Shown here in pieces: positions 28,733-38,238 of a stretch of DNA of 64,000 bases. The position numbers and the translations under genes were made by a program. The notes below the pieces were generated by a model, which worked only from the letters and a program-made list of their open reading frames with translations, did not search any database and was not told where the DNA came from. Source of the DNA: a virus. The stretch covers positions 34,811-98,810 of the IMG/VR virus record IMGVR_UViG_3300027749_000065. One strand, given 5' to 3'. The first letter of the stretch is position 1. The number at the start of each line of letters is the position of its first letter.

Positions 28733-29719
28733 ATGGCTACAATTAAGAAAAAAGAAATTGGAGATTACAAAAGTAAGTATTCAAGTAAAACAAAATATAA
28801 AGAAGAGAATTTTTACTTTTGCGGTGATGCTTTTTTTAAAGCGTCAGGTGTACCAGGTCCTATAATGGGTGGAATTAATATGTTTTTAGGACATTCTAAT
28901 TCATCAAAAACAACTGCAATGATTTTATCTGCTGCAGATGCACAAAAGAAAGGTGACCTACCTGTTTTTATTATTACAGAGAAAAAATGGGATTGGAAAC
29001 ACGCAGTTGAATTGGGGTTACAAGCAACAAAAGATTCTGATGGAGTATGGGACGGTGATTTCATATATAACGATACATTTGATTATATTGAACAAGCAAC
29101 AGAATTTGTCAATGAATTATTAGATGCACAAGAAAAAGGTGAAATACCTCGTAATATATTATTTTTATGGGATTCAGTAGGTTCAATTCCATGTAAAATG
29201 ACATATGAAGGTAAGGGTGGTAAAATGCATAATGCGTCTGTACTATCAGATAAGATTGGTATGGGTATTAGTTCAAGGATTGGAAAATCTAAAAAAGAAG
29301 ATTACCCATATTATAATACAATGGTAATAGTTAACCAACCTTGGGTTGATTTGCCAGATAACCCATTTGGACAACCTGAAATCAAGGCAAAAGGTGGTGA
29401 GGCTATATGGTTAGCATCTACGTTGGTATTCTTGTTTGGTAATCAAAAGAAAGCAGGGATTAGTCACATTGATGCAACCAAAAATGGTAGAAAGGTTACA
29501 TTTGGTACAAGAACAAAAATATCGGTTGTTAAAAACCATATGAGTGGTCTTTCATATAAAGATGGTAAAATCATTGCAGTACCTCAAGGTTATATTGAGG
29601 ACACAAAAGAAGCATTGGAAGAGTACAAGAAAAAACATTCCGATTATTGGAATGGTATTTTAACTGGAACAGGAGAAGTAGAATTCACAGAAACACTTAG
29701 TGAATTTGAAGTGGAATAG
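28733..29719 (+). CDS. uvsX: RecA/UvsX-like recombinase
   Basis: GHSNSSKTT P-loop, FLWDSVGS, VNQ, KGG and VVKNH motifs; between SSB and exonuclease genes. Confidence 0.85.
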   Translation: MATIKKKEIGDYKSKYSSKTKYKEENFYFCGDAFFKASGVPGPIMGGINMFLGHSNSSKTTAMILSAADAQKKGDLPVFIITEKKWDWKHAVELGLQATKDSDGVWDGDFIYNDTFDYIEQATEFVNELLDAQEKGEIPRNILFLWDSVGSIPCKMTYEGKGGKMHNASVLSDKIGMGISSRIGKSKKEDYPYYNTMVIVNQPWVDLPDNPFGQPEIKAKGGEAIWLASTLVFLFGNQKKAGISHIDATKNGRKVTFGTRTKISVVKNHMSGLSYKDGKIIAVPQGYIEDTKEALEEYKKKHSDYWNGILTGTGEVEFTETLSEFEVE

Positions 29720-29746
29720 TATTTTTTTAACAATAAATAAACATGA

Positions 29747-30775
29747 ATGTCAGTATTACTGGTAGATGGTGATAATCTACTCACAATTGGTTTTTACGGT
29801 GTTAAAAACTATTTCTATAAAGGACAACATATTGGAGGAATTTTTCATTTTCTCAATACTCTTAGGAGATCATTTGAGACTTACAACTTAGATAAAATAG
29901 TAGTATTTTGGGATGGTGAAGAAGGGTCTAGAAGTAGAAAACTTATTTATCCTTATTATAAGGAAGATAGGAAAACTAAAACTAAGAGTGAGGAAGAGAT
30001 TAACTCATACAACTATCAAAGATCACGTATACAACAATACCTTGAAGAACTATATGTTAGACAAGGTGAGTACAAGTATTGTGAAACAGATGATAATATT
30101 GCATATTATGTTCAAAATTCACCTAATGAAAATAAAATAATATACTCATCTGATGGTGATTTAACACAATTAGTATCTCCAAATACAAAATTGTTTAACC
30201 CATCACATCAAAAATTATATAATAATAATGATATTATTATATATGAACATCAAGAAGTTTTAATTGAAAATATTAAAATAATTAAGATGATGTGTGGTGA
30301 TAAGTCAGATAGTATTTCAGGTATTAAGGGTCTTGGGATAAAAACATTTTTATCCCTATTCCCTGAACTGAAAACAACTCCCCTTAGTGTAGACTACATT
30401 AAAGAAAAAGGTAATCTCCTTTTTGAGCAAAATAACAAAAGTAAGACAATAACTAATTTATTGACAGGTGTTACAAAACATGGTGTCTTAGGTGACGAGT
30501 TTTTTGATGTCAACAACAGAATAGTGAGTCTTGATGTACCGTTCTTAACGGATGAATCAAAAGAAGAGATTATAAATTTAATTAATGAAAATCTAGATTC
30601 TGAAGGTAGGTCGTATAAGAATACCATGAAGATGATGGTTCAAGATGGAATTTTCAATGTATTACCAAAATCAGAGGATGCTTGGATTAAATTTTTAAAT
30701 CCATTTTTAAGATTAACAAGAAAAGAAAAAAACAAAAAATTAACAAGAACAATTAAAATTAACAATCATGAGTAA
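29747..30775 (+). CDS. 5'-3' exonuclease / T4 RNase H-like flap nuclease
   Basis: LLVDG, VFWDG, YKEDR, ETDD, SSDGDL, GDKSDSISGIKGLG. Confidence 0.92.
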   Translation: MSVLLVDGDNLLTIGFYGVKNYFYKGQHIGGIFHFLNTLRRSFETYNLDKIVVFWDGEEGSRSRKLIYPYYKEDRKTKTKSEEEINSYNYQRSRIQQYLEELYVRQGEYKYCETDDNIAYYVQNSPNENKIIYSSDGDLTQLVSPNTKLFNPSHQKLYNNNDIIIYEHQEVLIENIKIIKMMCGDKSDSISGIKGLGIKTFLSLFPELKTTPLSVDYIKEKGNLLFEQNNKSKTITNLLTGVTKHGVLGDEFFDVNNRIVSLDVPFLTDESKEEIINLINENLDSEGRSYKNTMKMMVQDGIFNVLPKSEDAWIKFLNPFLRLTRKEKNKKLTRTIKINNHE

Positions 30776-31214
30776 CAATCAAGAGTTAACAAAGTTAGAG
30801 TTTCTATTAACATTGGAAGGAAACATTATATGTCAGAGGTATTTTAACGTTAAGGATTTTAATCCTAAAGCAACAAGGTCTATGGATTTACATGATTATG
30901 TAAAAAATATTTGTAGAAAAATATCTGAAGATTTAAGAATAAAAAGTTCCAATTATTTATGTGAAAATAAGGAATTTATCCTTGGTTTAGAAGATGTGGA
31001 AGATACGACCGCAGTGGAAAATGAACACTTTTTGTTGCAAATTAAACAAAATGATCATGTATTTATTCAAAGAATATTTCCCGCATATGTGTTTCATCCA
31101 AAGATAAGATATACAGTTGATATTCGTCCAATGTTAAAAACATTCTTGACGGATTTAACTACTATCATGTCAATGAAAGAATTGGAAACAACTTATTTGG
31201 GTTATAATTTATAA
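30768..31214 (+). CDS. Hypothetical protein
   Basis: 148 aa ORF overlapping the upstream stop codon. Confidence 0.7.
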   Translation: MSNNQELTKLEFLLTLEGNIICQRYFNVKDFNPKATRSMDLHDYVKNICRKISEDLRIKSSNYLCENKEFILGLEDVEDTTAVENEHFLLQIKQNDHVFIQRIFPAYVFHPKIRYTVDIRPMLKTFLTDLTTIMSMKELETTYLGYNL

Positions 31215-31227
31215 TTAAAAAAACACT

Positions 31228-33624
31228 ATGGAAGAAAGGAATTTCGGTTATTTGGGGGCAACATTTCAACAATCATTAATCAAAGCGATTATTGAAGATA
31301 AAAAGTATGGTGAAAACATCATTGATGTAATAGAATCTCGTTTCTTCGACAATAACGCTTTCAAGTTCATAATGGAGAACTTGAAAGAGTTATATAAATT
31401 GTATAATAAAATCCCTGACTATAATACGTTGGCACAAAAGATTATGGCAGAAAATGGTAATAAGGAATCTGCTAGAATCCACATTGACACATTAGAAATA
31501 ATTAAATCTAGTGAACCAACAGAATATGTTAAAGATACCGCACTTAATTTTTGTAAACAACAAAATTTAAAGAGGGAACTTAAAAACGTACAAAGTATTA
31601 TTGAGAATGGTGAGTTTGAAAATTATGCGAAAATTGAACAAATAATTCAAAAAGCGTTACAAGTTGGTATCATCAATGACGATGCAACAGATGTGTTTCA
31701 CGATATTGAAGGTGCGTTAGAGAAAGATTTCAGACATCCAATACCAACAGGTATCGTAGGTATTGACAACCTTTTAAAAGGTGGTTTAGGAATAGGTGAA
31801 TTGGGTGTAGTTTTAGCTCCGACTGGTACGGGTAAATCATTACCTATAAGTGAACCAATATTGACTCCAAATGGTTGGATGAAAATTGGGGATATTAAAT
31901 GTGGTGATAAAATCATAGGTTCTGATGGTAATGAACAATTTACAATAGGGGTTTTTCCACAAGGTAATAGACCAATATATAGAGTTGAATTCACTGATAA
32001 TACTTTTGTTAACTGTGATCAAGAACATTTATGGTCAGTTAATACTCTTAATATGAGAACAACAAAAATAAGAAAAAATGGTATATCTTTATATAAACCA
32101 AATAACAATTATAAAGTTATGAAAACATCTGAAATGATGTTGGATATAAAAAAACGAGGTAGATATAATTATCGTTTACCTATTGTTGAACCAATTAACT
32201 TTAATGAAAAAGAAGTATTTATTGATCCATATTTATTAGGTTTACTCTTGGGTGATGGTTGTTTAGGTTGTGGTACAATACAAATTTCAACTAAAGATGA
32301 TGAAATATTCGATAATATTAAACATTTGAATATTCATACATCATTTAATGAATATGAAAGAGAAACATTGACCGGTATAAAAACAATAAAAAAAATTTCA
32401 TTTAATTACAGAATTAAAAAAGATTTAGAAAAATATAATTTATTGGGGACAGAATCTAATAATAAATTTATCCCAAATGATTATTTATATAATTCATTTG
32501 AAGTTAGATTATCAATTTTACAAGGTTTAATGGATACTGATGGTTATGTGGATAAAAAAGGTGGTACACAAATAACGACTATTTCAAAAGAATTATCGTT
32601 AAATATTAGAGAAATAGTTTTATCATTAGGTGGAACATGTAATATAACTTTAAAACAACCAACTTTTAAATATAAAGGTTTTAAAAAGTTAGGTCAAATA
32701 GCATATGTTGTAACAATATCTTTTTCAAATAATATTGTACCATTTAGATTAATAAGAAAAATAGAAAGATTTAGAAAAAGAAAAAAATATATTTCACAAA
32801 AATATATTAAATCAATTAATTTTTCACATAACGAAGAAGCGGTATGTATAAAAGTATCAAATACAGATGAATTATTTGTTACTAGGGATTATGTATTAAC
32901 ACATAATACCACTTTATTAACTAAATTTGCAAATACTGCATATAATTTAGGATATAATGTACTTCAAGTATTTTTTGAAGATAATCCTGGTAACATTAAA
33001 AGAAAACACTATACAATTTGGTCAGGTATTGCACCTGATGAACAAAGTGATAACAAAGATGAAGTTTTGTTTCGTGTTAAAGAAATACAAAGTAATACAA
33101 AAGGTTCAATTAAATTATTGAAATTACAATCTGATGGTGTAACAATTTCTGAAATTAAATCTAAAATCAGAAAGATGTGTTCAGACGGGTTTAAGGTCGA
33201 TTTATTGTTAATTGATTATATTGATTGTATTTCACCTGAAAGATCCGTTAATGGTGATGAATGGAAGGGAGAAGGTTCAATTATGAGACAATTGGAATCT
33301 ATGACAAGTGAATTTGAGATGGCGGTATGGACTGCAACACAAGGTAATCGGTGCGTTTGGATTAAAACAATTGTTGATGTTGAAAGTAAAGGTAAAATAG
33401 AAATTAAAGACATTTCTGTAGGTGATAAAATTTTAACGCACATTGGATTTAAAGAAGTAACATATGTTTCACCAATACAAACACAACCAACATATAAAAT
33501 TAAAACAAAAAGCGGTAAAGAAATTATTGTATCAGATAAACATTTATTTCCTGTTAATTATAATAAATATAAATCAATACGTTCTGGATTATCTGTAGGT
33601 GATAAATTATTAATAAAACAATAA
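31228..33624 (+). CDS. dnaB: Replicative DnaB/gp41 helicase, N-terminal part, with cis intein and split-intein N half
   Basis: IPTG..IDNLLKGGL..GELGVVLAPTGTGK/[intein]/TT, LLLIDYID, WTATQGNR, then CVWIKT... intein N half. Confidence 0.93.
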   Translation: MEERNFGYLGATFQQSLIKAIIEDKKYGENIIDVIESRFFDNNAFKFIMENLKELYKLYNKIPDYNTLAQKIMAENGNKESARIHIDTLEIIKSSEPTEYVKDTALNFCKQQNLKRELKNVQSIIENGEFENYAKIEQIIQKALQVGIINDDATDVFHDIEGALEKDFRHPIPTGIVGIDNLLKGGLGIGELGVVLAPTGTGKSLPISEPILTPNGWMKIGDIKCGDKIIGSDGNEQFTIGVFPQGNRPIYRVEFTDNTFVNCDQEHLWSVNTLNMRTTKIRKNGISLYKPNNNYKVMKTSEMMLDIKKRGRYNYRLPIVEPINFNEKEVFIDPYLLGLLLGDGCLGCGTIQISTKDDEIFDNIKHLNIHTSFNEYERETLTGIKTIKKISFNYRIKKDLEKYNLLGTESNNKFIPNDYLYNSFEVRLSILQGLMDTDGYVDKKGGTQITTISKELSLNIREIVLSLGGTCNITLKQPTFKYKGFKKLGQIAYVVTISFSNNIVPFRLIRKIERFRKRKKYISQKYIKSINFSHNEEAVCIKVSNTDELFVTRDYVLTHNTTLLTKFANTAYNLGYNVLQVFFEDNPGNIKRKHYTIWSGIAPDEQSDNKDEVLFRVKEIQSNTKGSIKLLKLQSDGVTISEIKSKIRKMCSDGFKVDLLLIDYIDCISPERSVNGDEWKGEGSIMRQLESMTSEFEMAVWTATQGNRCVWIKTIVDVESKGKIEIKDISVGDKILTHIGFKEVTYVSPIQTQPTYKIKTKSGKEIIVSDKHLFPVNYNKYKSIRSGLSVGDKLLIKQ
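31837..32907 (+). mobile_element. Intein with LAGLIDADG endonuclease and class 3 WCT signature in DnaB Walker A (357 aa)
   Basis: Starts SLPISEP after GTGK and ends VLTHN/T. EHLW, AVCIKV, LLGLLLGDG and LQGLMDTDG motifs. Confidence 0.92.
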
Positions 33625-33779
33625 AATAAAAAAAAAATATGTTAAAACATGAATTAAATTTAAACGATTTTATTTTAGATGAAATCGTTAGTATCGAGTT
33701 AGAGGGTGAAAATGAAACAATTGATATATCTGTTGATGAAACTGAGTTGTTTTTTGCAAACGACATATATACACATAAT
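33352..33779 (+). mobile_element. Naturally split mini-intein (IntN 33352-33621, 90 aa; IntC 33639-33779, 47 aa)
   Basis: IntN: C1...VGDKILT...SDKHLF...GLSVGD then stop. IntC: M...TIDISV...FFANDIYTHN/S. Confidence 0.9.
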
Positions 33780-34097
33780 TCATCAATTTCATCTGAAGTT
33801 GTTACCGCAGATCAAATGGGTGGTTCTATTAAGAAGGCACAAATTGGTCACGTTATCTTATCTATCGGTAAAACATTAGAACAAAAAGATCACAATTTGG
33901 CAACTTTAACATTACTTAAATCTCGTATTGGTAAAGATGGTGTAGTTTTTCAGAACTGTAAATTCAATAACGAATATTTAGATATAGATACTGAGATGCA
34001 AAACACTCTATTAGGTCATGAAGAAGAGAAGTCAAAAAATAATATTAATAGAGCTAGAGAGGCGTATCAAAGAAGAAATCAAATTGCAAATAATTAA
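33639..34097 (+). CDS. dnaB: Split-intein C half fused to the DnaB C-terminal extein
   Basis: After THN: SSISSEVVTADQMGGSIKKAQ...LLKSRIG, matching DnaB C-terminal motifs including the arginine-finger region. Confidence 0.9.
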   Translation: MLKHELNLNDFILDEIVSIELEGENETIDISVDETELFFANDIYTHNSSISSEVVTADQMGGSIKKAQIGHVILSIGKTLEQKDHNLATLTLLKSRIGKDGVVFQNCKFNNEYLDIDTEMQNTLLGHEEEKSKNNINRAREAYQRRNQIANN

Positions 34098-34111
34098 AAA
34101 ACAAATATAAC

Positions 34112-36064
34112 ATGAAAAAAAAGGGAATTTTTAATAAACGAGTCAACATTTTACCATACGATTATCCATCACTTTTATTGTATAAAGACGCTATAAGACA
34201 TTCATATTGGATAGATACAGAGTATAATTTTACCACTGACATAAATGATTATATGGTTAATATAACAGAAAATGAAAAGGATGTGATTAAAAAAACAATG
34301 TTAGCTATTGCACAAATAGAAGTCAATGTTAAAACATTTTGGGCGGATATGTATAAAAGAATGCCAATTACTGAAATTGGTGATGTTGGTATGACATTTG
34401 CCGAATGTCATGTTGAAGGAACTGAAATTTTAACACCTCAAGGTTGGGTTGATTTTAATAAAATTAATATTGGTGATGAAGTGATACAATTCAATCCTGA
34501 TAATACTTTAAATGTAACCATAGTAAATAATAAAACATATGAAAATTATAATGGTATTGTACATAGAATTTATAAGGATAATTTAGATACAATAATAACA
34601 CCAAATCATCGAATTGGATATTATAATCATAAAAACGAATTTTCAATCAAAGCTATTGAGGATTTAGGTGTAAGAAACGCTAACAATAGATTACCAGAAG
34701 CTGGAAAGTTAATTGGTGATGTTGATGAGTTATCAACATTAGATAGGTTAAAAATCGCAATACAGGCTGATGGTAGTAAAAGGTTTTTTACCAATAAGTT
34801 AGGTGAAAGAATTGATAGGGGATTAAGTAAAGATTCTAACACATATGAGATTTCAGTTAAAAAAAATAGAAAGAAAGAAAGACTTTTATATCTATTAAAT
34901 AATACTGACATAAAATATAGAACATATAAAGAAAAAAGAGGTTATTTAAAAGTTGAATTTGAAATGGATATGTCTTTTAATTACAAAACATTTGATTGGG
35001 TTAATTTAAAAGATAAATCATGGAAATGGTGTAAAGAATTTGTTCAGGAATTATCAGAATGGGATGGGTATAAGTTACCATTAAAAAAAGATTGTAAAAT
35101 AAAATATACAACAACAAATAAAAGTTGTGCGGATATTGCTCAAGCAATTGGTACATGTGCAGGATATAAAGTGAATTTCATCACTAGTGTTGATAAAAGA
35201 AGTGATAATTTTAATGATAATTACGTTTTATCTTTTTTAGAAAATAGAGAAAGAGTTGGATTTTCTGCATTAAAAGAGGAAAAATTAAATTATGATGGTA
35301 AAATATATTGTGTTAGCGTTGATTCTGGTATGATAATCACTAGATATAATAATAAAACATTTATAGGAGGTAATTCAGAAGTTAGACATAAAGACGCTTA
35401 TGCTAGATTACTTAGAATTTTAGGATTGGAAGATGAATTTAGAACAGTTGTTGAAATACCAGCAATAAAGGATCGTATAAAATATTTGACAAAATATATA
35501 GATGGTACTAGAAGTGACGATGATAAAATGTATACGAAATCAATTTTACTTTTTTCATTATTTATTGAACACGTATCTTTATTTTCTCAATTCTTAATAA
35601 TGATGAGTTTTAATAAAGAAAAAAACCTTTTTAAAGGAATTTCAAATGTTGTTGAAGCAACTTCAAAAGAAGAAAATATACATGGTAATTTTGGTGCTGA
35701 AGTTATTAATATAATAAAATCGGAATATCCAGAGTGGTTTGATGAAGAATTTACCGAATTAATTACATCTGCATGTAAAAAGGCATATAAAGCAGAATGT
35801 AAAATACTTGATTGGATATTTGAAAAGGGTGAATTGGAATTTTTATCAAAAGAAACCATAAAAAATTTTATAATGAACAGGTTTAATAATTCATTACAAA
35901 AAATTGGAATAGACCCTATTTTTAATGTTGATTTAAAAGAAATTGAAAAAACATTGTGGTTTGATGTTGAAACTACATCAACAAAAGAAGGTGATTTTTT
36001 TTATAAAAAACAAATTGACTATAATAAAAAAAGTAAAAGTATAGGTGAGGACGATTTATTTTAA
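34112..36064 (+). CDS. nrdB: Class Ia ribonucleotide reductase beta subunit with intein
   Basis: E/[intein]/SEVRHKDAY, IEHVSLFSQF, KEENIH, DFF..K..DY. Confidence 0.93.
   Translation: MKKKGIFNKRVNILPYDYPSLLLYKDAIRHSYWIDTEYNFTTDINDYMVNITENEKDVIKKTMLAIAQIEVNVKTFWADMYKRMPITEIGDVGMTFAECHVEGTEILTPQGWVDFNKINIGDEVIQFNPDNTLNVTIVNNKTYENYNGIVHRIYKDNLDTIITPNHRIGYYNHKNEFSIKAIEDLGVRNANNRLPEAGKLIGDVDELSTLDRLKIAIQADGSKRFFTNKLGERIDRGLSKDSNTYEISVKKNRKKERLLYLLNNTDIKYRTYKEKRGYLKVEFEMDMSFNYKTFDWVNLKDKSWKWCKEFVQELSEWDGYKLPLKKDCKIKYTTTNKSCADIAQAIGTCAGYKVNFITSVDKRSDNFNDNYVLSFLENRERVGFSALKEEKLNYDGKIYCVSVDSGMIITRYNNKTFIGGNSEVRHKDAYARLLRILGLEDEFRTVVEIPAIKDRIKYLTKYIDGTRSDDDKMYTKSILLFSLFIEHVSLFSQFLIMMSFNKEKNLFKGISNVVEATSKEENIHGNFGAEVINIIKSEYPEWFDEEFTELITSACKKAYKAECKILDWIFEKGELEFLSKETIKNFIMNRFNNSLQKIGIDPIFNVDLKEIEKTLWFDVETTSTKEGDFFYKKQIDYNKKSKSIGEDDLF
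34406..35374 (+). mobile_element. Intein in NrdB (323 aa, degenerate LAGLIDADG, penultimate Gly)
   Basis: Starts CHVEGTEILTPQGW; TPNH block B; IAIQADG and ELSEWDG; ends IYCVSV...FIGGN/S. Confidence 0.9.
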
Positions 36065-36073
36065 AAAAATATA

Positions 36074-37705
36074 ATGATAATGAGTAATAAGTACGAATGG
36101 GCAAATGAAGATGCCAGAAAATTTTTATCTAGAGGTTATATAACCGAAAGTGTTGAACAAAGAATAAAAAATATTGCAAACAGGGCCGAAGAAATTTTAA
36201 AAATAGATGGGTTTTCAGATAAATTTGAAGACTATATGAGTAGAGGTTTTTATAGTTTATCAACACCTGTTTGGATTAATTTTGGTAAAGAAAAAGGTTT
36301 ACCAATTTCATGTTATGGATCAAATATTGATGATTCATTAGATAGTATTTTAAATGCAAGTAGAGAAATTGGTATGATGTCAAAGTATGGTGGAGGTACT
36401 TCCGCATATTTGGGTAATATTAGACCAAGGGGTTCGGTTATATCTACCGGAGGTAAAGCTGATGGACCCGTACACTATGCTAGAATGTACGATACGACTA
36501 TTGATGTATGTAAACAATCTGAAGCAAGAAGAGGGGCATGTGCTGTTTACTTACCAATAGAACATAGTGATATTAATGAATTTTTAGATATTGGAACTGA
36601 GGGTAATCCTATTCAAAATTTACAATATGGTGTAACTGTTACTGATAAATGGTTGGAAGAAATGAAATCTGGCGATAGTGACAAAAGAAAAATTTGGGCA
36701 AAAGTTATCCAAAGACGTAGTGAGTTTGGTTTTCCCTATATTATGTTTAAAGATAACTCAAATAACAATACACCATATAAGGAATTAGGGTTAGAAATAA
36801 CTGCGTCAAATTTGTGTAGCGAAATCCAATTGCCAACGGATAGTTATAATTCATTTGTTTGTTGTATCGGTTCAATAAATGTACTTTATTGGGATGAAAT
36901 TAAAGAAACTGATGCTATTGAAATTTATACATTATTTTTAAATGCGGTATTAGATGAATTTATTCAAAAATCTGTTAATATGGCAGGTATGAAAAGGGCT
37001 TGGAGATTTGCATCACATCATAGGGCAATTGGTGTTGGTATTTTAGGATATCATTCATTACTTCAATCAAAGTTAATCCCATTTGAATCAATAATATCTA
37101 AATCATATAATCATGAGATTTTTGAGACATTAAAAATAAGAACTGAAACAGCATCACAAGATTTATTTAAATCTAATCCTGAAAAGTATAAATCATTAAG
37201 AGATGGTTATGCAAATACAACATTGGTCGCCATTGCACCGACTAAGTCAAGTAGTTTTATTTTAGGTCAAGTTAGTATGGGTATTGAACCAATTAAATCA
37301 AATTATTTTGTAAAAGATTTAGCAAAAATTAAAACAGTATATAAAAATCCTTATTTGACGAAAGAATTAGAAAAGTATGGGTTAAATACTGATGACATTT
37401 GGACAAGTATATTAAAGAAAGACGGTTCAGTACAACATTTAGATTTTCCAACTAAAGATGTTTTTAAAACATTTGTTGAAATTACACCGAAAGAAATTAT
37501 ACTTCAGGCATCACAAAGACAAAAATTTATAGATCAATCACAAAGTTTAAATTTAATGATCGACCCATCAATTCCAGCGAAAGATATAAATCAATTATAC
37601 TTATATGCGCACGAAGAAGGGATAAAAACATTATATTATCAGTTTAGTCAAAATTCAGCACAGGCGTTCTCAAGAAATATAATGGAATGTGTTTCATGTG
37701 AATAA
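36074..37705 (+). CDS. nrdA: Class I ribonucleotide reductase alpha subunit (no ATP cone)
   Basis: STP, ISC, GGG, RRGA, SNLCSEI, APTKSSS, KTLYY, C-terminal CxxC. Confidence 0.95.
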   Translation: MIMSNKYEWANEDARKFLSRGYITESVEQRIKNIANRAEEILKIDGFSDKFEDYMSRGFYSLSTPVWINFGKEKGLPISCYGSNIDDSLDSILNASREIGMMSKYGGGTSAYLGNIRPRGSVISTGGKADGPVHYARMYDTTIDVCKQSEARRGACAVYLPIEHSDINEFLDIGTEGNPIQNLQYGVTVTDKWLEEMKSGDSDKRKIWAKVIQRRSEFGFPYIMFKDNSNNNTPYKELGLEITASNLCSEIQLPTDSYNSFVCCIGSINVLYWDEIKETDAIEIYTLFLNAVLDEFIQKSVNMAGMKRAWRFASHHRAIGVGILGYHSLLQSKLIPFESIISKSYNHEIFETLKIRTETASQDLFKSNPEKYKSLRDGYANTTLVAIAPTKSSSFILGQVSMGIEPIKSNYFVKDLAKIKTVYKNPYLTKELEKYGLNTDDIWTSILKKDGSVQHLDFPTKDVFKTFVEITPKEIILQASQRQKFIDQSQSLNLMIDPSIPAKDINQLYLYAHEEGIKTLYYQFSQNSAQAFSRNIMECVSCE

Positions 37706-37718
37706 ATAAAAAAACATT

Positions 37719-37747
37719 AAAATCGGGATATTCTCCCGATTTTTTTT
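37719..37747 (+). terminator. Intrinsic terminator
   Basis: AAAATCGGGA-tattc-TCCCGATTTTTTTT. Confidence 0.85.
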
Positions 37748-37784
37748 ATTTATTATCATTTCTATATTCATTATATTTATTAAT

Positions 37785-38237
37785 ATGGCAAGAACATATG
37801 GTATAGATTATCCATTTAGAGACAGTACGACAGGTGACTTTGTTCAAATGACTGAAACTTCTGAAAGAGAGATCAGGGCCGATTTAATTCATTTAATATT
37901 AACAAGAAAAGGAAGTAGATATTATTTACCTGATTTTGGTACTAGATTATATGAATTTATATTTGAACCTAATGATCAAGCAACATGGGATTTAATTGAA
38001 TCAGAAATACGTGATGCAATTAAAAATTATATCCCTAATTTGGATATTAATTCAATAACAGTAATGTCCGCAGATGATAATCCTGATGTAATAATGACAC
38101 CAAACATACTTGAAGACGAAAGATTATTTAGGGTTTCAGATGCATCAACACATCCATATACTGCAATAGTAAAAATTGATTATACAGTAAATAACGGAGC
38201 GTTTTCATCTTCCGATTTCATAATTATTAATATATAA
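37785..38237 (+). CDS. Baseplate wedge gp25-like protein
   Basis: LILTRKGSRYYLPDFGTRLYEFIFEP. Confidence 0.92.
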   Translation: MARTYGIDYPFRDSTTGDFVQMTETSEREIRADLIHLILTRKGSRYYLPDFGTRLYEFIFEPNDQATWDLIESEIRDAIKNYIPNLDINSITVMSADDNPDVIMTPNILEDERLFRVSDASTHPYTAIVKIDYTVNNGAFSSSDFIIINI

Positions 38238-38238
38238 A

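Noticed and set aside
28885-28920. Inactive recombinase because Walker A reads GHSNSSKT
   Set aside because: T4 UvsX also lacks the Gly before Lys, and the other motifs are intact.
33622-33638. DnaB break as a homopolymer sequencing error or pseudogene
   Set aside because: The TAA precedes the A run, the break falls where split inteins divide, and the second half has a typical A-rich leader and ATG. Raw reads should still be checked.
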